Shown one piece after another: positions 18,317 through 28,179 of a DNA stretch of 39,272 nt (the first letter of the stretch is position 1; each line of letters starts with the position of its first letter). The position numbers and the translations under genes were made by a program. The notes beneath the pieces are model-generated. The model made no database searches. It was not told where the DNA came from and saw nothing but the letters and a program-made list of their open reading frames with translations. Location of the stretch: the NCBI GenBank assembly GCA_964452075.1, contig CAYVKI010000005.1:1-39272 (forward strand). The letters are read 5' to 3'. This DNA is from an uncultured Rhizobium sp. (lineage in GTDB: Bacteria > Pseudomonadota > Alphaproteobacteria > Rickettsiales > UBA1997).

Positions 18317-19339
18317 TTACTCATCTTTTTTCCCCTCAGCCATTCTAATCAAAGTGGCGTTAATTTTATGCCATTTTTTTATTGGCAAAGCAGGGATTCC
18401 AGCTATCGCTTGCATTGGCTCAACATCACGCATTACTCCGCTCATTCCAGCAATTTTTGCGCCATTATTAATTTTTATGTGACCAGCAATACTTGTGTTT
18501 CCGCCAATTTGCACAAAATTTCCAATATTTACACTTCCAGCAACCGCGGTACAGCCAGCAATTACCGTGCTTTTGCCAATGATAACATTATGTCCAATTT
18601 GCACCAAATTATCAATTTTTGTTCCATCACCAATAATTGTGTTTTCAATCGCCCCGCGATCAACACATGAATTCGCGCCAATTTCTACAAAATCGCCCAA
18701 TTGCACAAAACCAAGTTGGATAATTTTGTGATTAATTCCTGCATCATGAGCAAATCCAAAGCCATCTTGCCCAATTTTCGCGCCATTATAGATTATGCAA
18801 TTTTTGCCAATAACGGCAAAAGAAACTACTGCGCCAGCATTAACTATCGTATTATCGCCAATGACGCAGCCATCCATAATTGAAGCGTTTGCACCAATTA
18901 AACAATTTTTTCCAATTTCAACATTTGCGCCAATGTAAGCGTTTGGAGCGATTCGAGTTTTATCGCCAATTTTTGCACTCGGGTGAATTAGTTTTTCTGA
19001 AATAAAATCAGGAATTTTTTCTTCATAAAAAGCGGCGGCGATTTTTGAATAAGCGAAATAAGGATTTTTATGAATCAAGGCAATCATTGATTGCGGTGCG
19101 CGGCTAGCATATTTTTCTTCTAATAAACAAAAACCAGCTTTTGAGCTAGAAAATTTTTCTAGATATTGCCCGGAATTTAAAAAAGAAATTTGCTCTTCTT
19201 GAGCCGAATTTAAAGTGGCGATGTCAAAAACTTTTCGGCTCAAATCTTGATCTGAAATCAAGGCTGCGCCGGTAATTTCAAGAACTTGACCAAGAGTTAA
19301 AAATTCAAATTTTTTATTAAAGAAGCGATCGCGAGACAT
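18317..19339 (-). CDS. lpxD: UDP-3-O-acylglucosamine N-acyltransferase
   Basis: 340 aa. The N-terminal LpxD domain is followed by long hexapeptide (left-handed beta-helix) repeats, including [14 protein letters not shown] and IGHNVIIG. Confidence 0.92.
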   Translation of the reverse strand: MSRDRFFNKKFEFLTLGQVLEITGAALISDQDLSRKVFDIATLNSAQEEQISFLNSGQYLEKFSSSKAGFCLLEEKYASRAPQSMIALIHKNPYFAYSKIAAAFYEEKIPDFISEKLIHPSAKIGDKTRIAPNAYIGANVEIGKNCLIGANASIMDGCVIGDNTIVNAGAVVSFAVIGKNCIIYNGAKIGQDGFGFAHDAGINHKIIQLGFVQLGDFVEIGANSCVDRGAIENTIIGDGTKIDNLVQIGHNVIIGKSTVIAGCTAVAGSVNIGNFVQIGGNTSIAGHIKINNGAKIAGMSGVMRDVEPMQAIAGIPALPIKKWHKINATLIRMAEGKKDE

Positions 19340-19344
19340 ATTTT

Positions 19345-20349
19345 TTAATCTTTTTCGTTTTCAGGTTTGTTGTGAATTGCTCTAAAGTAAATCTCAGAAA
19401 TGTAGCGACGACCTTTGGCACCGCGTTTTAATTGAACCACAATGTCCACCACGTTTTTGATGTAAGAGGTTATTTCTGTCGGAGTCATTCCAAGTCCAGC
19501 TTGCATTACCATCATTTTTAACTGCTCAATCGCCATTCTTGGGGTGTCGGCGTGCAAGGTTGAAATTGATCCGGGGTGACCAGTATTAATTGCTCGTAAA
19601 AAACTAAAAGCTTCTGAGCCACGCAATTCACCGACAATAATTCTTTCTGGACGCAGGCGTAAGCAAGCTTCGATTAAATCTTGGGTAGTAACTTTTGATC
19701 TACCTTGACCGCCTTTTGAAGCGATTAAATGAACTCTATTTTGATGAGAAGAAAGATTAATTTCTCGAGCATCCTCAACCGTAATCAGCCTTTCTTCTGG
19801 AGGAATGGCTCGAATTACCGCATTAGTAAAAGTTGTTTTACCAGTTGAAGTACCACCAGAAATAATGATGTTTTTTTTGTAAATAACGGCGCGGGTTAAG
19901 AAGTCTTTAATACGATTTAGTTGCAGCAATTTTGCTAAAATTAAATCGTTCTTATCCTCAACTTCACCAACTGAGGCTGAATCGAACATGCCCATTTTGT
20001 CATAATCTTCCAAAGTCCATTGCAAACTAGATGGTTTACGAATTGAAATCACCACAGAGCCTTGTTCGCAGGCTGGCGGAAAAACAATTTGAATACGATA
20101 GCCATTGGGCAAAGTGGCTGAAAGTAAAGGCTCTTCTTCGCTTAATCTTTGCTCAGTTGCTTGCGCTACAAGCCTGCCCAAAGATTTTAAATGCTCCATG
20201 TCAAAAGTTGGCAATTCTTCACGAATCATGTCGCCTTTACATTCAATCCAAACCTCAAAAGGCCTGTTGATTGAAACCTCGTTCACGCCGTCGCGGTCGA
20301 GAATCTGTTTTAATGGCAGTAGATATGAGTCTAATGCGGCAATACTCAT
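19345..20349 (-). CDS. virB11: Type IV secretion ATPase VirB11
   Basis: 334 aa. The N-terminus [31 protein letters not shown] is VirB11-like. It also has Walker [20 protein letters not shown] and the His box [11 protein letters not shown]. Confidence 0.85.
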   Translation of the reverse strand: MSIAALDSYLLPLKQILDRDGVNEVSINRPFEVWIECKGDMIREELPTFDMEHLKSLGRLVAQATEQRLSEEEPLLSATLPNGYRIQIVFPPACEQGSVVISIRKPSSLQWTLEDYDKMGMFDSASVGEVEDKNDLILAKLLQLNRIKDFLTRAVIYKKNIIISGGTSTGKTTFTNAVIRAIPPEERLITVEDAREINLSSHQNRVHLIASKGGQGRSKVTTQDLIEACLRLRPERIIVGELRGSEAFSFLRAINTGHPGSISTLHADTPRMAIEQLKMMVMQAGLGMTPTEITSYIKNVVDIVVQLKRGAKGRRYISEIYFRAIHNKPENEKD

Positions 20350-21567
20350 TTAAAATGAAATTAAAATTCCGGTTAAAAAAACGTAACCCCGAACGCAACT
20401 CTGATTGTTTTTGGCAAGTGTTTCTGAGCCTGATGGGGTTTTAAGATTTGGCTTAAAAGTAAATTTTGTTATCTCAAAATATGGCATCAAATCTCTAGTA
20501 AGCTTATAGTCAAGATCAAGAGATAATGCCTGATAATCATTTTTTTGAAATTGGCTTTTTAGGCTAGTAATACTTGTTGCAACCGGCCCAAAAGAATATC
20601 CAAGTCCGAAGCTGTGATAGTTTGCTCTTGATGAAGCAAGAAAGTTTTCTTGTTTTTGCAATGAATTTTCCCATGAGCCAAAAGAGGCTCCAATGTCAAA
20701 TCCAAAATAATTTAAAGTTGCAGAAGCGTCGTAGGCAAAAAGATCTTTTCTATAACCTTTTTTAACTTTTCCTTTTTCTGCCGTTACAGAAATTTTAACT
20801 CCAAGATTGTCAAAATCATCTGCGTAATTAACGCCAGCCGAAAAAACATCTTTAATTGTCGCTACAGAATTATGGTAATATTTCGTTGTGGTAATTCCGC
20901 TATTTTCAGTGTTTGGTGCGTAGCTAAATCCGAGTTTTAAACCTTCAAAGCGCGGCGTAAAATAAGAGAATTTTGTAGCGTCTTCAACTCCATCAAAACT
21001 GTTATCTTTTAGCGCGCGAAAATTATTTTTTCTTAAATAGCTTTCTGAATTTGCGGCATATCCACCATGACCAATTGGCGATTGAGCTAATAAAATAAAT
21101 GAACCAGACGATGGAAGTTGAAGTGCTTCAATATATTTTCCGTTAATTCCCCCCGCTCCTCTGGCAAATTCGGCTGGGCCAGATTTCATTTTTTGATTGG
21201 CGGCTTGACTATTGCCAATTTCAAATTTTCCAAAATTCCCTTCTGAAAATAAAAATATTTGATCGAGATTAGGATTTTGTCTAACTCCGCCACTGTTAGC
21301 ATTAAATTCAAACTTCGCTATTATGCCATGCTTGGTTTTTTCTTCGGTCATAACTCCACTTTTTAGAAAAAGTTGCGAGTCGTTACCAACAAAAGATTCT
21401 TCTTTAAAATTGTCGCCTTTATTAGAATTGACGGCAAAAAAATTTGCAAAACCATCAGCGACAAAAATTGGCGAATTGGTTTTAGTGAATTTTTTATTTG
21501 AAATCGTTTGAGAGTTAGCCTCGTTTTGCAAGAATAACGAAATCAAAGCTAGAAGAAAAAAATGCAA
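20350..21567 (-). CDS. Outer membrane porin (alphaproteobacterial general porin-like)
   Basis: 405 aa. It has a hydrophobic N-terminal leader, alternating beta-strand patterns, a KFSYFTPRFEGLKLGFSYAPN motif and a terminal Phe (..GILISF). The apparent start codon is TTG. Confidence 0.65.
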   Translation of the reverse strand: MHFFLLALISLFLQNEANSQTISNKKFTKTNSPIFVADGFANFFAVNSNKGDNFKEESFVGNDSQLFLKSGVMTEEKTKHGIIAKFEFNANSGGVRQNPNLDQIFLFSEGNFGKFEIGNSQAANQKMKSGPAEFARGAGGINGKYIEALQLPSSGSFILLAQSPIGHGGYAANSESYLRKNNFRALKDNSFDGVEDATKFSYFTPRFEGLKLGFSYAPNTENSGITTTKYYHNSVATIKDVFSAGVNYADDFDNLGVKISVTAEKGKVKKGYRKDLFAYDASATLNYFGFDIGASFGSWENSLQKQENFLASSRANYHSFGLGYSFGPVATSITSLKSQFQKNDYQALSLDLDYKLTRDLMPYFEITKFTFKPNLKTPSGSETLAKNNQSCVRGYVFLTGILISF

Positions 21568-21649
21568 AGTTTGATAAATTGGATTTAGTCTAAATTAATT
21601 GAGAGCCTTTCCTAAGAACAAATTATTAAATCTCTAATTTTTAATTAAA

Positions 21650-22948
21650 ATGGTTTATCTGCCGCATTGGCCAATACCGAGCACTCTTGGTAAAAGACAA
21701 ATCGACTATGAAACGGTCTTTGAAAGAATGTTTATGGTTTTGGAAAAATTAGGAAATCCTCATAAAAAACTTCCGCCAATAATTCACGTTGCCGGCACTA
21801 ATGGCAAAGGCTCAGCCACAGCATTGCTTGGAAAAATATTTAGTTGCGCAGGTTATAAAGCTCACATTTACACCTCGCCTCATTTGCATGATTGCAACGA
21901 AAGAATTGTTCTTTTGGGCGAAAAAATTTCTGATAATTTCTTATTTGAAATCATGGAAGAGGTTCGCTTGGCAGCTTGCGACACGCCGTTAACTTTTATG
22001 GAAAGTTTTACAATTGGTGCATTTTTAGCTTTTTCAATAATTCCAGCAGATGTTGCGATTATTGAGTGTGGAATGGGCGGAAGAATTGATGCAACAAATA
22101 TTTTAGAAGAAAAATTAGCAACATTAATAATGCCAATTTCTTTTGATCACACGGAATATTTAGGAAATTCTATCGAAAGAATCGCGCTAGAAAAGGCGAT
22201 GATTCTAAGACCAAAAACGCCTTTAATTATTGCTTCACAACCTCAAAGAGCAAAAGAAATAATAAAAATTCTTGCCCAAGATCAAGGAGTTCCAGCATAT
22301 TTTTACGACGAAGATTTTGAGATTTTACTTAATGAAAAAAACGGAGAATTTGATCTCAGATTTCAAAATGAGGTTTTAAGAAACCTTCCCAAACCCGCTA
22401 TTCTTGGCGATCATCAATATGTAAACTTCGCTACTGCAATTGCCGCGATCATTGCAATTGCAGATAAATTTCAGATTAGCGAAGGCTCGATAAAAACAGC
22501 GATTTCATCTGTTTTTTGGCCGAGTCGGTTAGAAAAAATAACTAATGGTTTAAATCGGCTTTTAAAAAATAGTGAAAGCGAAATTTTTATTGATGGCGCG
22601 CATAATGTCGCCGGAGCTTTTGCTTTGCGGCAATTTATTCTTCAAGAAAAGCCAAAAAAAACTTTTGTGATTTGCGGATTTAGCCGCGGTAAATGCAAAA
22701 AAGAGTTTTTGGAAAAATTTAAAGATGTGGCAGAAGTAATTGCTGTAAGGGTTGATGGCGAGCCTTATCCTGAATTAGCAGAAACAATATCAGAAATTGG
22801 CGAATCTGCGGGAATGAAAGTTTTTGCGGCGCAAGATTTAGCTGATGCAGTTGATTACGCAGGAAAAATAAGCGAGGAAAAAATTTGCAGAATTATTATT
22901 TGCGGATCGCTGCATTTGGCGCGAGATGTTAAAAAGTTTTCTAGATAG
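21650..22948 (+). CDS. folC: Bifunctional folylpolyglutamate synthase / dihydrofolate synthase
   Basis: 432 aa. Mur-ligase P-loop HVAGTNGKGS, the GMGGRIDATN and FDHTEYLG motifs, and C-terminal DGAHN. Confidence 0.88.
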   Translation: MVYLPHWPIPSTLGKRQIDYETVFERMFMVLEKLGNPHKKLPPIIHVAGTNGKGSATALLGKIFSCAGYKAHIYTSPHLHDCNERIVLLGEKISDNFLFEIMEEVRLAACDTPLTFMESFTIGAFLAFSIIPADVAIIECGMGGRIDATNILEEKLATLIMPISFDHTEYLGNSIERIALEKAMILRPKTPLIIASQPQRAKEIIKILAQDQGVPAYFYDEDFEILLNEKNGEFDLRFQNEVLRNLPKPAILGDHQYVNFATAIAAIIAIADKFQISEGSIKTAISSVFWPSRLEKITNGLNRLLKNSESEIFIDGAHNVAGAFALRQFILQEKPKKTFVICGFSRGKCKKEFLEKFKDVAEVIAVRVDGEPYPELAETISEIGESAGMKVFAAQDLADAVDYAGKISEEKICRIIICGSLHLARDVKKFSR

Positions 22949-22952
22949 CCCT

Positions 22953-24221
22953 TTAATTATCTTCCAACTCCTCTTCTAAAAACCCAAATCTTTCATCTTT
23001 TTGATCCGACACCAAACCAGATAAAATTTTTCCCGAAGCTGCAGAAAGCGTCCAGCCCAAAGAACCATGACCTGTATTTAGAAACAAATTGCCATATTTT
23101 TTTACTTCACAAATTAACGGCAATGAATTTGGACGAAACGGCCTAAATCCAGACCAATCATTAACTTCATTAATATTTCCGAAATCAGAAAAACTTTTGC
23201 AAACCGTGCTTTTCAAGAAAGCGATATTTTTCTTATTTTTCTTTGGCTTTAAGCCGCATATTTCAACCGTTCCAGCGGCTCTAAAAATTTTGCCTAAACG
23301 ACTATAAACCACTTTATTTTCAGTGTCTGTTAATGCCATTCTTGGCGCAATAAATTCTTCATCAGCAGCAATTGATAAGCTGTAACCCTTTAGTGGATAA
23401 ATTTTTGTCTCAACTTTAATGCCTTTTAGCAAATTGTCGCCCATTGCGCCAAGCGCGTAAACATATTTATGAGCGACATAAACACCTTTTGAAGTGTTGA
23501 TGCCAGTGATTTTTTTGTAGTTTGTAAGAAGGTTTTTTATCTCCGTTTCATATTCAAAATTTACGCCATATTTTTCTTTGCAGATTTTTTCTAAAGCACG
23601 CACAAACAAAAGGCTGTTGCCACTTCCATCCATTTCGTAAAATATGCCGCCAGCAAGATTTTTTTCGTCGAACAATTTAATTAAAGTTGGCTCTTTTCTT
23701 ACGCATTCTTCAGCGGTTAAAATTTGAGTTTTTACTCCAATCGAGCTAATAAATTCAGCATCTTTTATGGCGCTATCAAACTTTTTTTGACTGCGATAAA
23801 AATGCAAAGTTCCTTCGTTTTTATAGTCGAATTTTAAGTTTTTTTCTTCAGATAAAATTTCGCTTAAAACCTCTTTGCTGTAAGATGTAAGCCTAAACAA
23901 TCTTCTGCTGCTTTCGTGAGATTTTTCTGGCTGGGAATTTTGATAAAACTCATAAAACCATTTAATAAATTTTTTATTAGCAAATTGAGAAAGTGATAAA
24001 AAAGAATTTGGAATTATTGCCGCCCTTAAAATTGAAGCCAAAGACGATTTTGCCGCCCAAGTTTCAACATGAGAATAACTGAGCTGACCGCCATTGGCTT
24101 CTGAACATCCAAGAGCGGAATATCGGTTTTTATCGAGAACCAAAACCTGATGACCTGCGCGCGCTAAAAAATAGGCGGTTGTAACACCAATTACTCCGGA
24201 TCCCAAAACTATTACTTTCAT
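22953..24221 (-). CDS. dadA: FAD-dependent D-amino acid dehydrogenase (DadA-like)
   Basis: 422 aa. Dinucleotide-binding N-terminus MKVIVLGSGVIGVTTAYFLARAGHQVLVLD and the C-terminal NTGHGSLGWTLSAASGKIL motif typical of DadA. Confidence 0.8.
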   Translation of the reverse strand: MKVIVLGSGVIGVTTAYFLARAGHQVLVLDKNRYSALGCSEANGGQLSYSHVETWAAKSSLASILRAAIIPNSFLSLSQFANKKFIKWFYEFYQNSQPEKSHESSRRLFRLTSYSKEVLSEILSEEKNLKFDYKNEGTLHFYRSQKKFDSAIKDAEFISSIGVKTQILTAEECVRKEPTLIKLFDEKNLAGGIFYEMDGSGNSLLFVRALEKICKEKYGVNFEYETEIKNLLTNYKKITGINTSKGVYVAHKYVYALGAMGDNLLKGIKVETKIYPLKGYSLSIAADEEFIAPRMALTDTENKVVYSRLGKIFRAAGTVEICGLKPKKNKKNIAFLKSTVCKSFSDFGNINEVNDWSGFRPFRPNSLPLICEVKKYGNLFLNTGHGSLGWTLSAASGKILSGLVSDQKDERFGFLEEELEDN

Positions 24222-24337
24222 CGCAAAATTACTCTTTTAAAAAATTAATAAATCTCACGCCCGCTCTGAAAACGCTGTTCGAGCGGTTGGCGATAAGCTG
24301 ACCAAAAGGCTTGGCAAACAACTACAAATTAACTTAA

Positions 24338-27127
24338 ATGACAGATAAACCCAATGTTTTCAACATTCCAGCGAATTATCATTTTTTTGAATCGCTTCTT
24401 TTTTGGGCGGAAAAAAAATTTGGTGATAAGTTAAACGAAGTAAAATTCTTTTTGCCAAATCGACGTTCTTGCCGCGAATTTCATGAAGTTTTGTTAAAAA
24501 GTAAACATCTGTTACTTCCGAATCTTAAAGCTATTTCGGATATTTCTTACGAAGATTTTTTTGATTTTTTACCCAATTCAGAAACAAAGCAAATCATTGA
24601 TGAAATATTGCAAACCAAGTCTTTGTCCGACATTGATTATCTGTTTTTCTTAAGTGAAAAAATTCAGCAATATGGTGCTTTTGGTGAAAATACTGATTTT
24701 GCCCAAGCCTTTAAAATTGCCATAAATTTAAAAAACTTATTTGACGAAATAGAGCGTGAAGAAATTGATCCAAATAAATTTCTTGAAATCGACGATTCTA
24801 ACTTGTCGCAACATCGCATACTTACTCTTGATTTTCTTAAAAAATTTCACATCGAAATCAAAAACTCTTTGTTAAAAGAACGAGTATTTTGCGACAGCAT
24901 GAGTAACAATTTTATTGTTAAAAAATTTACTCATCTGCTCGAAAATTACGAAAGCAAATCGCCAATAGTTGTCGCCGGATCAACTGGAAGCGTTGAGTTT
25001 AGCTCTAAGTTAATAAAAGCCGCCTCCAAGAAACATTATGTTATTTTACATGGAGTTAATGACGAAAATCACGAAGAAGAAAACCATCCGCAATTTTTTT
25101 TAAATCGCTTAATTAAAACTTTAGAAATTCCAAAAAGTGCAATTTTTCAAATTAAAGAAGAGAAATTTCTTTTAAGCCCAGAAGTTCGCCAAAACCTTCT
25201 TTCTTTGCTTTCGCTTCCATCAGATCAAATAGCAAAATGGCAAGAGATTTCTAAATATATCGACTCCAACTTTGCTAAAAAAGATCTGGCTAAAAATTTT
25301 CGCTTAATTGAAGCGCGCAATGAAATTGAAGAGGCAAAGCTTATAAAACTTGCTTTAATTGAGGCGGTTAAAATCAATAAAACTGCCGCCGTAATTACCA
25401 ATAATAGCAAATTAGCTGATTTGCTGAAGCTTGAACTGCAAAGCAATTCAATGCTTTTTAACGATTCTAGAAGTCGCAATATTTCTGACTTAAAATTGGT
25501 GAGCTTTTTATTGTTAATTTTAGAATTAATCGAAACAAATTTTAACTCTCACGTTCTTCTAACTCTCTTAAAACATCCGCTTTCTTTTTATTCGCAAAAT
25601 CAGGAAATGCTCGTTGATTTTGAAGTTAATGTTTTGCGACAAGATCGTGTGGAATCAGGTTTAAAAGGCATTTACAAAAAACTAGAAAGCCAACCTTCTT
25701 TGCTACATTTTTTTAATAAATTTTATGAGGCACTTGGCGCGCTTGCTAAAATTAACAAAACAAAACCTCTTTCTGAAATTGCCACATTATTGATTTTGGC
25801 TTGTGAAAATTTAAGCAAAAAAAACTGGTCAGAATTGCTAGTTGAGGAAGAAGCGCAGACCGAGATATTTGAGGCTTTTGAGAAACTTAAGCAGCAAGAA
25901 AAAATACTGATAAATCCTAGCCAAATTCTTGACAGTTTTAAAACAATTTTATCGCAAATTAAATTCTTTGAAAAGTCTTTTGCTTTTGCACCAATTCAAA
26001 TTTTATCAACGCTTGAAGCGCGTCTTTTGAATTACGATTTGGTTATAGTTTCATCTTTAAACCAAGGAAGTTTTCCAGAAATTGAAGGTGAAAATTGGCT
26101 GGGAAAAAAAATCAAAAAAGATTTAGGAATAGACAAAACTTTAAGAAAATATGGTCAAAGTGCGAATGATTTTTGTAATTATCTTTCGAATAAATCAGTT
26201 ATTTTAACGCGTTCTAAAAGCAGAAATGGCGCAGTTTTAATTGAATCTCCATTTCTTTTGAAATTCAGAGTAATTTGCAAAAAAATTGATGCCGAAATTG
26301 ATGGTGGCAAAGAATTTTTTGATCTTCTCGATCAGAAAAATCGCATTACAAAAAAAGTTAAAACAATTCCAAACCCAAAACCAAAACTAGAATTTCGTCC
26401 TCAAAAAATTTCTATAACCGAAGTCATAAAATTAATGACCAACCCTTATGAAATTTATGCTAAAAAAATATTGAAGTTAGAAGAATTAAAGAAAATTGAT
26501 TTTGAGCCAAGTCACGCAGAGTTTGGAAGCTTTGTTCACAAGGCTTTAGAAGAATATGTTAAAAATCCAACTGACGCAAATTTTCGCAAAAAAGCCCGCG
26601 ATATTTTTGATGATTATTTTTTACTTAGCGAAAGTGAAATAGTTTGGTGGCCAAAATTTGAAAATATTTTTGATAATTTTGTTTTGGAAAATGAAAATTT
26701 CTCAGGTTTAAAAAACATGGTTGAAATTCCTGCCGAAGTAAAAGTTGGAAATGTCGCGCTGCGCGGAAAAATTGACCGCGTGATTATTAATGAAAAAGAA
26801 GAACTGATAATTCTTGATTACAAAACTGGGCAAATTCCATCTAAAAGCGACGTGTTTTCTGGCGTTAATCCTCAACTCACAATCGCTGCATTGATGCTTG
26901 AAGATAAGCCAATTTCTTATTTGGGTTATTGGAAATTATCTTCATCTTCTGGCAGCGAAATTAAAAAAATTAGCGACGAGCAAGAAGAAATTTACGATCT
27001 TATTTTTGCCACTCAAGTTGGTCTAAAGAAGCTTTTTAAGTTTTTTGCTGATGAAAAAAACGGCTATTTGGCCACTGAAAATTATGCTTACAATCCATAT
27101 CAAAACCTAGCACGAATCACACAATGA
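24338..27127 (+). CDS. addB: Double-strand break repair protein AddB (alphaproteobacterial type)
   Basis: 929 aa. The N-terminus (NVFNIPANYHFFESLLFW...FLPNRRSCREF) and the C-terminal PD-(D/E)xK nuclease motif (GKIDRVII..LIILDYKTGQIPS) fit the alphaproteobacterial AddB family. Confidence 0.75.
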   Translation: MTDKPNVFNIPANYHFFESLLFWAEKKFGDKLNEVKFFLPNRRSCREFHEVLLKSKHLLLPNLKAISDISYEDFFDFLPNSETKQIIDEILQTKSLSDIDYLFFLSEKIQQYGAFGENTDFAQAFKIAINLKNLFDEIEREEIDPNKFLEIDDSNLSQHRILTLDFLKKFHIEIKNSLLKERVFCDSMSNNFIVKKFTHLLENYESKSPIVVAGSTGSVEFSSKLIKAASKKHYVILHGVNDENHEEENHPQFFLNRLIKTLEIPKSAIFQIKEEKFLLSPEVRQNLLSLLSLPSDQIAKWQEISKYIDSNFAKKDLAKNFRLIEARNEIEEAKLIKLALIEAVKINKTAAVITNNSKLADLLKLELQSNSMLFNDSRSRNISDLKLVSFLLLILELIETNFNSHVLLTLLKHPLSFYSQNQEMLVDFEVNVLRQDRVESGLKGIYKKLESQPSLLHFFNKFYEALGALAKINKTKPLSEIATLLILACENLSKKNWSELLVEEEAQTEIFEAFEKLKQQEKILINPSQILDSFKTILSQIKFFEKSFAFAPIQILSTLEARLLNYDLVIVSSLNQGSFPEIEGENWLGKKIKKDLGIDKTLRKYGQSANDFCNYLSNKSVILTRSKSRNGAVLIESPFLLKFRVICKKIDAEIDGGKEFFDLLDQKNRITKKVKTIPNPKPKLEFRPQKISITEVIKLMTNPYEIYAKKILKLEELKKIDFEPSHAEFGSFVHKALEEYVKNPTDANFRKKARDIFDDYFLLSESEIVWWPKFENIFDNFVLENENFSGLKNMVEIPAEVKVGNVALRGKIDRVIINEKEELIILDYKTGQIPSKSDVFSGVNPQLTIAALMLEDKPISYLGYWKLSSSSGSEIKKISDEQEEIYDLIFATQVGLKKLFKFFADEKNGYLATENYAYNPYQNLARITQ

Positions 27128-27870
27128 CCCAGCGTTATAAATTAACCATCGAATATGACGGCACCAATTATTGCGGCTTTCAAAAGCAATTTGGCATTGT
27201 TCAAAAATCAGTTGAAGAAGTTTTACAAAAAGCAATTTTTCAATTGTCGCAAGAACAAGTAAAAATTGTGGTTTGTGGTCGAACCGACACCGGAGTTCAT
27301 GCTTTGGGTCAAGTTGTGCATTTTGACATGAAAAAAAATCTTGAAGCGCGTCAGGTAACTTTGGCTTTAAACAACTATCTGCGCGATGAAAACGTTATGG
27401 TTCTTAATTGCGAAATTGTGGATTCAAATTTTCACGCCAGATTTAATGCCAAAATGCGACACTATCGTTATATCATAATCAACCGCACCGCTCCTTTAAC
27501 CATCAAGAAAAACCAAGCTTGGCATGTAGCTAAAAAATTGGATGCAAAAAAAATGCAAGAAGCGGCAAATTTTCTAATTGGCGAGCATGATTTTTCATCA
27601 TTTCGAGATGCCGAATGCCAAGGAAAAACGCCAATAAAATCGATTGAAAAAATTACAATTGTTAAAAGTGGCGAAGAAATTCTGGTCAACATAAGCGCAA
27701 GATCATTTCTGCATCACATGGTCAGAAATATTGTAGGAACCTTATATTTAGCTGGCACAGAAAAAATCTTGCCAACTCAAATGAAAGAAATTTTGGAAGC
27801 AAAAGACCGAACAAAATCTGGCCCAAATGCACCAGCTTGTGGGTTATATTTTTTGGAAGCGGATTATTAA
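27124..27870 (+). CDS. truA: tRNA pseudouridine(38-40) synthase TruA
   Basis: 248 aa. YDGTNYCGFQKQ, the catalytic GRTDTGVHA, HDFSSF and SFLHHMVRNIVG motifs. An ATGA overlap joins it to the addB stop. Confidence 0.93.
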   Translation: MTQRYKLTIEYDGTNYCGFQKQFGIVQKSVEEVLQKAIFQLSQEQVKIVVCGRTDTGVHALGQVVHFDMKKNLEARQVTLALNNYLRDENVMVLNCEIVDSNFHARFNAKMRHYRYIIINRTAPLTIKKNQAWHVAKKLDAKKMQEAANFLIGEHDFSSFRDAECQGKTPIKSIEKITIVKSGEEILVNISARSFLHHMVRNIVGTLYLAGTEKILPTQMKEILEAKDRTKSGPNAPACGLYFLEADY

Positions 27871-27889
27871 ATGTCGCAATAAAATCAAA

Positions 27890-28174
27890 ATGAAAAATAA
27901 ACAGGAAGAGATATATAAACGTCAAAAAATCGATTTTCTCGACAGTCTTCAACCGGACGATTTTAGAAACGGCGAAAGCTTTAACCAAGCCGAATTCATC
28001 ATTGATAAAATTAACGAGAACGCTTTTCGCACTGCTTTAAACAAAAAAGATCCACAAGAATTTGTGTTAAAAGCATTAACTCATCTTTTTCGCGAGGACT
28101 CTGAAGTGGTAAAAAAAGCCGTTAATTTAGCTAATATTTATTTGGAACTGAAGTTGGAAGATTGTGAAAAATAA
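27890..28174 (+). CDS. Small hypothetical protein
   Basis: 94 aa counted from ATG 27890. The track ORF starts at 27827, inside truA. It is hydrophilic and helical-looking, with no recognisable motif. Support comes only from the open frame in an AT-rich context. Confidence 0.45.
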   Translation: MKNKQEEIYKRQKIDFLDSLQPDDFRNGESFNQAEFIIDKINENAFRTALNKKDPQEFVLKALTHLFREDSEVVKKAVNLANIYLELKLEDCEK

Positions 28175-28179
28175 ATATT

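Noticed and set aside
19345-20349. virB11 as a marker of a complete type IV secretion locus in this window
   Set aside because: No virB2-B10 or virD4 ORF is present within 39 kb. Only the single ATPase can be supported here.
24258-24291. Relatively GC-rich imperfect stem-loop (ccgctc..gagcgg) in the dadA/addB divergent spacer
   Set aside because: It has only a 6-bp perfect stem with a 14-nt loop. It has no repeat partner in the window and no recognisable regulator-binding consensus. The evidence is too weak to call.
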